The notes under the pieces: generated by a model
What the model saw: only the letters and a program-made list of their open reading frames with translations
What the model was told of the DNA's origin: nothing
Database searches by the model: none
Source of the DNA: Octopus sinensis
Lineage: Eukaryota
DNA: 64,000 nucleotides
Direction of reading: 5' to 3'
Assembly: GCF_006345805.1 (NCBI RefSeq)
Contig: NC_043024.1
Span: forward strand, 8,742,001-8,806,000
In this document: one piece after another, positions 37,850 to 49,891 of the stretch
Numbering within the stretch: position 1 is the stretch's first letter
How the letters are laid out: every line of letters starts with the position of its first letter
Position numbers and translations under genes: made by a program

Positions 37850-38685
37850 ATATGTGTGTTGCGTGTGTGTGTTGGTGTGTTTGATTGTGTGTGTGTGTGT
37901 TTGTGTGTGTGTGTGCTTGTGTGTGTGTGTTGTGGGTGTGTTTGTGTGTGTGTGCTGTGTGTGTGTGTGGCTTGTGTGTGTGTGTGTGTGTGCTGTGGTG
38001 TGTGTGTTTGTGTGTGTGTTGCTTGTGTGTGTGTGTTGGTTGTGTGTGTGTGCTGTGTGTGTGTGCTTGTGTGTGTGAGTGTGGTGTGTGCTTGTTGTGT
38101 GTGTGTGTTGTGTTTGTGTTTGTGTGATGTTTGTGTGTGTGTGTGTGTGTTGTGTGTGTTTGTGTGTGTGTGTTTTGTGTGGATGTTGTGTTGTGTGTGT
38201 GTGTGGTGTGTGTGTATGTGTGTGTTTGTGGTGTGGTGTGCTTGTGTTGTGTGTGTGCTTGTGTGTGTGTGGTGTGGGGTGTGTGTTTGTGTGTTTTGTG
38301 TTGATGTGCTGTGTGTGTGTGTGTGTGTGTGTTTGTGTTTGTTTGTGCTTGTGTGTGTGGGCTTGTGTGTGCTTGTGGTGTGTGTGCTTGTGTGTGTGTG
38401 CTGTGTGTGTGTGTGCTTGTGTGTGGTGTGTGTGCTTGTGTGTGGCTTGGGGTGTGTGTGCTTGTTGTGTGTGTGTTGTTGCTGTGTGTGTGTGTGTGTG
38501 CTTGTGTGTGTGTGTGCTTGTGTGTGTTGTGTGTGTGTGTGCTTGTGTGTGCTTGTGTTTGTGTGTGGTTCTGTTTGATTGTGTTTGTGTGTGAGTTTGT
38601 GTGTGTGTGTTGTGTGTGTGTGTGTGTGTGTGTGTGCTTCTGTGTGCTTATGTATATGTGTGTGTGTGTGTTTGTATATGTGTAT
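37850..38685. repeat. Degenerate (TG)n-based satellite (gtgtgcttgtgt-like units)
   Basis: Directly visible; irregular, possibly noisy consensus. Confidence 0.9.
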
Positions 38686-39188
38686 GATGAATAATACAAA
38701 TGCTTGACCAGTCATCATTTAAGAATGATTAAAGTGACCAGAGATATATATACAACAAAAAACCACAAAAACAAAATCACATTCTGGCAAAGACCTCCAA
38801 GTACACAGCCTGCCTTGACTGTTTCTCTAGCTTTACTGCACTTCTTGATAAGAGTCTCGTAATGTTGTAAATTATAACAATTAATAGAGGCTTTCCCAAC
38901 GAAGTTAACGAACTTAATGTATTAGGTATCATTTCCAGTTTCACAGTTCAGTTGTGATAATTTGGAAAAAGCACTGGGAATTAGAATTTCTGCTCTGATA
39001 ATTATTCTAAATATCCGAATATTTTCAGAAAACACATATAAAAAAATTTCTTTTTTAGCTTAAATAAGATTTTCTTTATGTTTTATATTTCATCTTTAAC
39101 AAATTTAACTCTTCAGCTCTGGGAGGCAGAAATTTGTTATGGTCATTGGTTATTTGGTCACCAAGATAATAATAATAATAATAATAAT

Positions 39189-39225
<37 letters not shown>

Positions 39226-39232
39226 CATTGTG

Positions 39233-39648
39233 TACAGGAGTGGCTATGTGGTAAGTAGCTTGCTAACCAACCACATGGTTCTGGGTTCAGTCCCACTACG
39301 TGGCATCTTGGGCAAGTGTCTTCTGCTATAGCCTCGGGACGACCAAAGCCTTGTGAGTGGATTTGGTAGACGGAAACTGAAAGAAGCCTGTCGTATATAT
39401 ATATATATATTTGTATGTGTGTGTATATGTTTGTGTGTCTGTGTTTGTCCCTCTAGCATTGCTTGACAACCGATGATGGTGTGTTTACGTCTCCATCACT
39501 TAGCGGTTCGGCAAAAGTGACCAATAGAATAAGTACTGGGCTTACAAAGAATAAGTCCCGGGGTCGATTTGCTCGACTAATGGCGGTGCTCCAGCATGGC
39601 CGCAGTCAAATGACTGAAACAAGTAAAAGAGTAAAAGAGTAAAGAGAG
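39233..39648 (+). mobile_element. SINE family A, full length, with (GAGTAAAA)n tail
   Basis: Matches the consensus. Confidence 0.9.
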
Positions 39649-40270
39649 TGCTCAGGTGCACTACAACTCATCTAAAGTGTATCTAAAGTACATAGGGTAA
39701 TGTACAAGCGTCAGGAAAAGAACAGTGCATGAGTCATGACATACACATATGTGTATGAGTATGGAAGGGGGACAATCAGGTGTAGTTTCGGCGGATTTCG
39801 GAAAGCATGAGGGCCTTAAAGGATGCAGTGTCATGGCAGTCAACAACTGATGCAGGCAGTTTGTTCCATGCTTTAGCAACTCTGAGCGTGAAAAAATGTT
39901 TCCGAAAGTCATGGGAGCTGTGCTGTTTTCTGACTTTGTAAACATGTCCACATGTGTTGGACACATGAAGATCAAAAAAGTGTTCAGTGTTGTTGTTGGT
40001 GAGGTGGTTGATAACTTTGTGGGTGTTTACCAAGTCCATCGCCAGACGCCGGAGCTTCAGTGAATCTATGCCCAGGGAAACAAGGCGCTCAGAGTATGGT
40101 AGGTGTCTGATGGAGGGTATGCGTTTGGTTGCACGTCTCTGAACAGATTCCAGGAGGTCAATGTTCTGAGCAAGATAGGGGTTCCAAACTGATGATGCGA
40201 ATTCCAAGTGTGGTCGTACCATAGCTGTATACAGCTTTAAATAGATGGCTGGAGAGCGGCTAACAAAAGA
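39647..40270 (-). mobile_element. CR1-b LINE 3' fragment
   Basis: ORF 39776-40222 reads MVRPHLEFASSVWNPY..IDLLESVQRRATKRIP...WNKLP, the canonical CR1 ORF2 C-terminus. Confidence 0.92.
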
Positions 40271-40497
40271 ATAAACAGTCTGGCATTAGTGAGGATGGGC
40301 TTATCTCCTCTAGACCAGCTCTATTTGTGGGCTGGGAGAGGAGAACAAGGGATTTATCCCTTGGGATGCTTTTGAATCGTAAGGAGTCTCCTGGGTTTGG
40401 TCAGCAAATGAGGAATCCCACGCATAATGCAAATAAGATTTCACAGCTCTTGTATCGCTCCTTCATAGTCAACCTATGAACTTTTCTGCACATCCTC

Positions 40498-40616
40498 AGT
40501 GCACCTGAGCACTGCATACAATAATTTCATTATTATATGCTTTATACGCACTTTTGACAAGTTGTGGGGCACCTGAGCACTGTATACAATAATTTCATTA
40601 TTATTATTATTATTAT
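40498..40616 (+). mobile_element. Two short CR1-b 3' tail fragments
   Basis: gcacctgagcactg.atacaataatttcattatt occurs twice. Confidence 0.75.
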
Positions 40617-42227
40617 ATTTTGTAAATATACTTATAAGTTTGCACTGTATATTGTCTATAGAAAATAGGGTGATATTGGGGAATATAAACTCCTGAGGGA
40701 AAAAAAATTCATCATCATCATCGTCACCATCATAACCACTGCTATCATCACCAACATCACCCTCATCATCATGACCACCATCACCACCACCACCACCATT
40801 ATCATCACTATTGTCATCATAATCATAATCATCATGATCATTATCATCATCATCTCCACCATCATAACTACTACCATCATGATCATCATCACCATGACCA
40901 CCACCATTAACTGCATTGTCATCCATATATCACTGTCAATCATTCTCTACCTCTCCCTCTCTCTTCCCCCTCTCTCTCTCTTCCTCTCTCTCTTTCTCTC
41001 AGCACTTTCTGTTGCATAACTCATTTTATCATTTCTAGTCTCCTTTAAAACTCTATACCCCACGCAGCACCCCATTTACCCACAGCACAACAAACGCCCA
41101 CGCCACCAACCACACCACCACCACAACAACAAACACCCACAACACCACCACCACCACAACACCACCACCACCACCACCACCACCACCACCACCACGGCTA
41201 CCACCACCACCACCACCACAACCACCACCACCACCACCACCACAACAACAACACAAACGCCCACGCCACCAACCACACTACTACCACAACAAACACCCAC
41301 AACACCACCAACACCCCTACAACCTCCACCACCACCACCACCATAATTATCTCCATCTTTGTCCACTTCTTTTGTTAAATTCCACCTCCATCTCCAATGC
41401 CCCTACATTCCGCTCCTTCCTCCACCATCACATATAAGCCCTCTCTCCCCCACACTTCCATCCATATCACAGCTACATCTCTCTCTCTCTCTCTTCCATC
41501 TCTCTCCCTCTCTCTTGCTCCTTCCTTACATTTGTCTCCTCTCACTCTCACTCTTCCTTCGTCTCACCATTATCCTTATCATTTTCATCATCCTCTTCAA
41601 AACTTTCTACTTATTCCCGTGTGAGAATATCAAAAGCTGGTTTTTGTTTTTATTTTTTATATTCTATTTTTTCATTGATATATTAACAATTTAACATAGT
41701 AAAAAATTAAAAAAACACAACAAAAAAAGGGGTAAGAAAAAAATGCAGAAAAGCGAAATAATTAAATCAAAATTAAAGAAACTTCAATCAATAAGTAATA
41801 TTTTTTAACCAATTCTTTATCACAGATCTAACACACACACACACACACACATGTATATATATAAACACAAACATATATATATAAACACACATATATATAA
41901 ACACACACACACATATATAGACACATACACACACACACGTATATATATAAACACAAACATATATATATAAACACACATATATATAAACACACACACACAT
42001 ATATAGACACATACACACACACACGTATATATATATATAAACACACACACACATATATATATAAACACACACATATATACACACAAACATATATATATAT
42101 AAACACACACATATATATATAAACACACACACACATATATACACATACACTCACACATGCACACACATATATATATACACACACACACATGTATAAATAC
42201 ACACATACATATATATGTACACACACA

Positions 42228-42795
42228 CAGAAGATAAAAAAGTTAACAGAAGGAATGACAGATGGTTATGTGCAGACCCTGAAGTTTCAAGTGTTACGTA
42301 TACAAAATTTCCTGCAACTGTCATTGTTTTAGGGGTTATCAGCAATGAAGAACATGTGCCTCCTTACTTCTTTCCACAAGGCCTTAGAGTTAATTCTGCA
42401 GCCTACATTGAGGTCCTGGAAACAATTGTTAAGCCCTGGATAGACAGTGTATGCAATGGAAGGTGATATGTGTTTCAGTAAGACTCTGCACTATCACACA
42501 TGGCTCTAGTAACACAGGAATGGATGGCTGAAAAGGTTCATGATCACATAACCCCTAACATTTGGCCTCCTAATTTCCCAAACCTCAATCCATGTGGAGC
42601 TTTGTTGAGAGGTCAATGGACATGCCCATAACACCAAAGATTCTTTAAAAGCTGCCATAGTCAGAGTAATGTCCAAAATAAACCAGGACCACTTGATTCG
42701 AGCATGTAGATGATTTAGATTTCATATAGAAGCAGTTGTTGAAGCTGAAGGTGGCTTTATTGAAAAACATTATAGAAAAGGTTTATTTTTATCCT
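42228..42795 (+). pseudogene. Tc1/mariner-superfamily (maT/DD37D-like) transposase C-terminal remnant
   Basis: NRRNDRWL...TKFPATVIVLGVISNE..PPYFFPQGLRVN...YIEVLETIVKPWI...YVFQ*DSALSH...TQEW...WPPNFPNLNP...DSLKAAI...IEAVVEAEGGFIE, with in-frame stops. Confidence 0.85.
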
Positions 42796-42829
42796 CATAG
42801 CATTTATGATGACGGTTATGAGGACGAGG

Positions 42830-43060
42830 GTTCCAGTTGATCCAATCAACGGAACAGCCTACTCATGAAATTAACATGCAAGTGGCTGAGCACTCCACAG
42901 ACACGTGTACCTTTAACATTAGTTCTCAGAGAAATTCAGCATGGCAGAGAGTGTGACAAGGCTGGCACTTTGAAATACAGGTACAACCGTAACAGGAAGA
43001 ATGAGTGAGAGAAAGTTGTGATGAAAGAGTACAGCAGGGTTCACCACCACTCCATCACAG
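42830..43060 (-). mobile_element. SINE family C body fragment
   Basis: Reverse complement of 5620-6000. Confidence 0.75.
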
Positions 43061-43092
43061 CAAGTTCAAAACCCTCCACTGTTCACTTTAAC

Positions 43093-43675
43093 TACCTATT
43101 TCTTTACTACCCACAAGGGGCTAAACATAGAAGGGACAAACAAGGACAGACAAACGGATTAAGTCGATTATATCGACCTCCGGTGCATAACTGGTACTTA
43201 TTTAATCGACCCCAAAAGGATGAAAGGCAAAGTCGACCTCGGCAGAATTTGAACTCAGAACGTACCAGCAGACGAAATACCTATTTCTTTACTACCCACA
43301 AGGAGCTAAACACAGAGAGGACAAACAAGGATAGACATAGGTATTAAGTCGATTACATCGACCCCAGCGCATAACTGGTACTTATTTAATCGACCCCAAA
43401 AGGATGAAAGGCAAAGTCGACCGTGGCAGAATTTGAACTCAGACCGTAGCAGCAGCCGAAATACCTATTTCTTTACTACCCACAAGGGGTTAAACACAGA
43501 GAGGACGAACAAGGACAAACGGATTAAGTTGATTATATCGACCCCAGTGTGTAACCCTGAAAGGATGAAAGGCAAAGTCGACTTCAGCGGAATTTGAACT
43601 CAGAACGTAGCGGCAGACGAAATACCGCTGAGCATTTTGCCGGCGTGCTAACAATTCTGCCATCTCGCCGCCTTA
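43093..43675 (-). mobile_element. SINE family B trimer (or longer), period ~184 bp
   Basis: Junctions gaaatacctatttc at 43274 and 43458, and a truncated one at 43093; single head at 43620-43675. Confidence 0.9.
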
Positions 43676-44033
43676 TAATGTTCACATTAACTACCGAAAC
43701 CAACTTCACGCTCAAATATTGTGTCAACCGTTCCACATGAATTTTGCTTGGCACCATTGCACACGTCCACTGCATGACACCCACTACTACATATGAGCAA
43801 CTGCTCACATCATCTTCCAGCAGAACTTTGCACCACCTGTTCAACACTATCAGCTTCCAGCAGGAACTAACTCATCACATGGGCAACAGTTGCCTTTATA
43901 GTTCACCCACACATGTAAAAAGCATGCCCAATCATAGCGCCTATGTTTTAAAACAGTTGTGTGACCACAAAGAATCATCTTTGTCATGTTTGCTTGCAAC
44001 ACCGGAGAGCAGTGTTTTAATTTGCATCGTATA

Positions 44034-44628
44034 AACGAGAAATTATCTGAATATAATTTTTATGTTTGTAAATATATATATATATACATCATCATCATCA
44101 TTTAACGTCCGTTTTCCATGCTAGCATGGGTTGGACGGTTCAACTGGGGTCTGGGGAGCCCGAAGGCTGCACCAGGCCAGTCAGATGGCAGTGTTTCTAC
44201 AGCTGGATGCCCTTCCTAACGCCAACAAATATATATACATATATATAGTACATATACATATGATATATGAACGAGAAATTATCTGAATATAATTTTTATG
44301 TTTGTAAATATATAATTTATTTTATATATATATATATAATTATATATATATATATATTATATATATATATAAATATACATAGATACAAGCATATATATAC
44401 ATATATATATACATATACATATGATATATGAACGAGAAATTATCTGAATATAATTTTTGTTTGTAAATATATATATTTATATATATAATATATATATATA
44501 TATATAGATATATATATATATATATATATAAATATACATAGATACAAGCATATAATACATATATATATACATATATACATATGATATATGAACGAGAAAT
44601 TATCTGAATATAATTTTTGTTTGTAAAT

Positions 44629-44670
<42 letters not shown>

Positions 44671-44765
44671 TCATACAAACATACAAACATATATACATAT
44701 ATACATATACATATGATAATGAACGAGAAATTATCTGAATATAATTTTTTGTTTGTAAATATATA
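44034..44765. repeat. Five copies of a ~40-bp motif (aacgagaaattatctgaatataatttt.tgtttgtaaat) separated by (TA)-rich spacers; RTE tail inserted at 44087-44227
   Basis: Motif starts at about 44034, 44270, 44431, 44591 and 44722. Confidence 0.85.
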
Positions 44766-45124
44766 TATATATAGTACTATATATATATATAGATATAGTA
44801 TATATATATACATACAAAAAATATATATATATCTATATATATATATATATGAGATATACATGTGATATACATACCATACATACATACATACATATGTACT
44901 ATATATATATGATCATGTTTATTGTACATGAAAAAAATTTTTTTGTATATATGTACTTTTCTGACATTTTCTACATATTTTACTCTCATTTACATTGGAA
45001 CTTATGACACATTGAGATGTCAAGGCACAAGACACAAAAATTATAGTTATTGAGAGCAGGAAAACAAAACAGAAAAAAAAAACACAGCTGAAAATGAAGG
45101 AAATGAAAAATTAAAAAACAAATC

Positions 45125-45456
45125 CATATATAAATATATATGTGTGTGGTATACATATACATGCACACATATTTTCGTCTGTATGTATATATACATCGAT
45201 TATGTATGCGTATATGTTTGTGTATATGCGTGTATTATATTATATATGTGTGTGTGTGTTGCGTGTGTATGTCTATATGTATGTATATGCACATATATAT
45301 GTCTGTATATGCATGAATGTATGTGTCTGTGTGTATGTGTGTATATGTATGCATATATATATGCATACATATATATATACATACATATATATACGTACAT
45401 ATATATACATACATATATATATACATATACATATATACATATATACATATATATAT

Positions 45457-45491
<35 letters not shown>

Positions 45492-45742
45492 CACGCATAT
45501 ACACAAACATATATATATACATACATATATATAATACATACATATATATATATATATACATACATATATATATATACAATATACAATATTATATATACAG
45601 CTATACATACATACTACATACATACATACATAATACATATATATATATACATATATATTATATATATATATATATATATTATATTATATATATATTTATA
45701 TAGATATTATATATATAGATATATATATATATATATATAGAT
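45125..45742. repeat. Compound (TA)/(TACA)/(TG)n microsatellite
   Basis: Directly visible. Confidence 0.9.
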
Positions 45743-46289
45743 TATGATAAAACAATATTAAAGGCTTTTCTTGATTCAACTTCTTCGGGGTGAATGACAT
45801 TAATTTAATAATCAAGGGTACAGTCTTTCTCTATTCCGTTAAGAAGTTTGCCTTACAAACATGAAGTCTCAGGTTCTATCCTAGCCTATGAGGATGAACG
45901 CTTGTCTATGACTTAATCTCATGAGTGAAGTTTGGTAGACGGAAACTGTGTGGAAGCCAGTCATATATACATATACACATGCACATATATATATGTGTGT
46001 GTGTATTTGAAAAGTTATGATGGATGTAAACAGACCAACACTGGTTGTCAAGTAATGCAGGGATAGGAACAATCACAAAAATGCACACAGTCACACAGTC
46101 ACACACATGGGTTCAGCACAGGAGCCAGGTTAGGCAGCACAGGCAATGACCATGCTTGAATGGTGCTTTTTAAGTGCCCCTGGCACAGGACCAGACTGCC
46201 AGCACTGGCATCGACCACACTCGAATGGTGCTTTTTACGTATATATATGTATGTGTATATATATGAGGCAAGTGAAAATCAAATCAAAT

Positions 46290-46510
46290 GGAGGCGCAAT
46301 GGCCCAGTGGTTAGGGCAGCGGACTTGCGGTCGGAGGATCGCGGTTTCGATTCCCAGACCGGGCGTTGTGTGTGTTTATTGAGCGAAAACACCTAAAAGC
46401 TCCACGAGGCTCCGGCAGGGGATGGTGGTGATCCGTGCTGTACTCTTTCACCACTCTAAAAGGCGGTGCTCCAGCATGGCCGCAGTCAAATGACTGAAAC
46501 AAGTACAAAA
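46290..46510 (+). mobile_element. Chimeric SINE: family C head plus family A tail
   Basis: ggaggcgcaatggcccagtggttagggc...tactctttcaccact joins ctaaaaggcggtgctccagcatggccgcagtcaaatgactgaaacaagta. Confidence 0.75.
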
Positions 46511-46526
46511 AAAAAAAATATATATA

Positions 46527-47631
46527 TGGGACAAGGTGGTGAAGCACAACCTTCGGACGTTAGGTCTCACCATGGAAATGACTAGAGACCGAGACCTATG
46601 GAAGTATGCTGTGCGTGAGAAGACCCGGCAAGACTAGTGAAGCCATAACCCGTGGCCCCTACCTGGGACGTAGTCAGTCCACCTGTGCACACCTTCCTTC
46701 CTGTGACACTTGTGAAGACCTGTTGAGGCAAGTGAAAATCAAACCAAATCAAAATAGATGAACATCAATGGAATTTGTATCCTTGTGGTACCAGTGCCTG
46801 TGGCACACAAGAAATCCATCAGTGCCGTAGTCAGTGCGGTGGGCACATGACAAACACCATCCGATCGTGGCCGTTCGCCAGCCCATCTAGCACCTGTGTC
46901 GTGGCACATAAAAAACACCATCCGAGACCCGGCAAAACTAGTCAGGCCATAACCCATTGCCCCTACCTGGGACGTAGTCAGTCCACCTGTGCATACCTTC
47001 CTGCTTGTGTCACTTGTGAAGGCCTGTAGGCAAGTGAAAATCAAATCAAATCAAATCAAACCAAATCAAAATAGATGAACATCAATGGAATTTGTATCCT
47101 TGTGGTACCAGTGCCAGTGGCACATGAGAAAACCATCCGAATGAGATGTAGCCAGTACTGCATCGACTGGCCTCCGTGCTGTGGGCACATAACAAACACC
47201 ATCCGATCGTGGCCGTTCGCCAGCCTCGTCTGGCACCTGTGTCGGTGGCACATAAGAAAACACCGAAAACACCATCCGAGCGTGGCCGTCTGCCAGCCTC
47301 GTCTGGCACCTGTGTCGGTGGCACATAAAAAACACCATCCGAGCGTGGCCGTCTGCCAGCATCATCTGGCACCTGTGTCGGTGGCACATAAAAAACACCA
47401 TCCGAGCGTGGCCGTCTGCCAACCTCGTCTGGCACCTGTGTCGGTGGCACATAAAATCACCCACTACACTCTCGGAGTGGTTGGCATTTAGAAGGGCATC
47501 CAGCTGTAGAAACACTGCCAGATCTGACTGGCCTGGTGCAGCCTTCGGGCTTGCCAGACCCCAGTTGAACTGTCCAACCCATGCTAGCATGGAAAGCGGA
47601 CGTTAAACGATGATGATGATGATGATGATGA

Positions 47632-47633
<2 letters not shown>
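46527..47633 (+). mobile_element. RTE LINE 3' end with a duplicated UTR segment and a ~61-bp tandem unit array
   Basis: WDKVVKHNLRTLGLTMEMTRDRDLWKYAVREKTRQD*, then UTR duplicated (about 46622-46922 / 46925-47230), repeated ctggcacctgtgtcggtggcacataaaaaacaccatccgagcgtggccgtctgccag units, and a (GAT)n tail. Confidence 0.85.
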
Positions 47634-47666
<33 letters not shown>

Positions 47667-47944
47667 AAATTTAGGTTAGTTAAAATATGTTGGTGACATA
47701 TTTCAGCTGCTAAAAGTTGTGAAAACACCTAGTTTGTTCAGTGTTGCCATCTATCAGGAATCCAAGACATTGATGTTTCGAGTTTATTGACTCTTGTCTA
47801 TGAGATATACCTAAGAGAGGCAACTCATACATACATGCATGTCTGTGTGTGTGTCTGTGTATGTGTGTATGTGTCTGTGTGTGTACGTATATCTATCTAT
47901 CTATATACACGCACACACACAATATATATATATATATATATTAT

Positions 47945-48167
47945 ATTTCTTTATTGCCCACAAGGGGCTAAACATAGAGGGGAAACATATAACAAGGACA
48001 GAAAGGGGATTAAGTCGATTACATCGAGTCCAGTGCGAAACTGGTACTTTATTTATCGACCCCGAATAGATGAAAGGCAACGTCAACCTCAGCGGAATTT
48101 GAACTCAGAACGTAATGACAGATGAAATACCGCTAAGCATTTCACCCGGTGTGCTAATATGTCTGAC

Positions 48168-48202
<35 letters not shown>

Positions 48203-49856
48203 CAGAAGGCATCACATGTGATCACTGGTTGAACAAAAATGCCATTACTGATACTATCTTCTAACATGGCATGATGTTGTTTGCTAAGACAATGTAATAT
48301 GCCGTCAATTGGAAATGCCACCCTGGGATATAAATTTAGAAAATATTTCTGGTGTCGAGTACATTCATACAATTCAAAAACAAAAATGAACACTACTGGT
48401 TAAAACATTTCTTTAGAAATTCCACCAAATTCATATACTGCAAGTTTGAGGAAGTTGTGTGGGACAAAATTAAAAAATGCAAAAAACAAAAAAAACAATG
48501 TATAGTTATAGAGGTCAGTTGCTTTATTAGAACAGTTGTGGTGAAAGAGTACATCAGGTTCGCCACCACCACCACACCCCACTGCCCGCCAGAGCTCGTG
48601 GGAGCTTAGATGTTTTTACCCAATAAACACTCACACACACCCGGGTCTGGGAATTGAAAACTGCGATCCCATGATAGCAAGTCCACTGCTCTAAAACCAC
48701 TGGGCATTGCGCCTCCACATATTTTTTAAAAATTTTATCTAGTTTCAGCTCACAAGCTGTGGCCATCCTGGTGGCACCGCCATATATATATCATCATCAT
48801 CTCATTTTAAAGTCCATTATCTATGCTGGGAAGGGGTTGGACAGTTTGACTGGGCTGGTACGCTGGAAGGATGCACCAGGATCCAGTTTGATTTGGCATG
48901 GTTTTCTACAGCTGGATGCCCTTCTAATGCCAACCACTCTGAGAGTGTATATGGATGCTTTATGTGCCACTGGCACAGGTGCCATTGCCTGACACACTGG
49001 TATCTGCCATGACTGCGATTTTGCTTGGCGTGATGAGTCTTCTTCTTCTCAAACATGACATATTGCCAAAGGACACAGCCACCCGCCTCTGTGAGGCCCA
49101 ACACTCGTAATGAACTCAGCCCCTTTGCCTACATGAGGCCTGACATTCAAAGGATTGATTTTTTTTGACATGCCTCTAGGCATGGGTGCACTCAGCTTGA
49201 CGGTTCCTCTCACTCTCTCTCTCTATTGTGCCGGTGGCACGTAAAAAGCACCAACTGATCGTGGCCACTGCCAGACTCCCCTGGCACCTGTGCTAGTGGC
49301 ACGTAAAAAGCACCCACTACACTCACGGAGTGGTTGACGTTAGGAAGGGCATCCAGCTGTAGAAACACTGCCAGATCAGACTGGAGCCTGGTGCAGCCTT
49401 CGGGCTTCCCAGACCCTGGTTGAATCGTCTAACCCATGCTAGCACGGAAAGCGGATGTTAAACGATGATGATGATGATGATGATGAGGGTGTCCAATGGA
49501 CCGCCCTCTTCATCAAGCAAGTTTGGTGGAGTTACCAATTTAGTTGCCAATGAGCTGACCATGCAACAGGTTGTGCTGGGCTACATGTTACCAGCAGCAC
49601 TTGAGAGCAACCTGACCATATATATATATATATATACATTTCTTTACTACCCACAAGGGGCTAAACATAGAGGGGACAAACAAGGACAGACAAAGGGATT
49701 AAGTCGATTATATCGACCCCAGTGCGAAACTGGTACTTTATTTATCGACCCCGAATAGATGAAAGGCAACGTCGACCTCAGCGGAATTTGAACTCAGAAC
49801 GTAATGACAGATGAAATACCGCTAAGCATTTCACCCGGTGTGCTAATATGTCTGAC

Positions 49857-49891
<35 letters not shown>

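Noticed and set aside
44034-44765. CRISPR-like repeat/spacer appearance
   Set aside because: Spacers are long (TA)-rich microsatellite similar to each other; eukaryotic context; no cas genes.
48200-48330. Possible minus-strand exon VAFPIDGILHCLSK... within the duplication
   Set aside because: No recognisable domain or convincing donor site.
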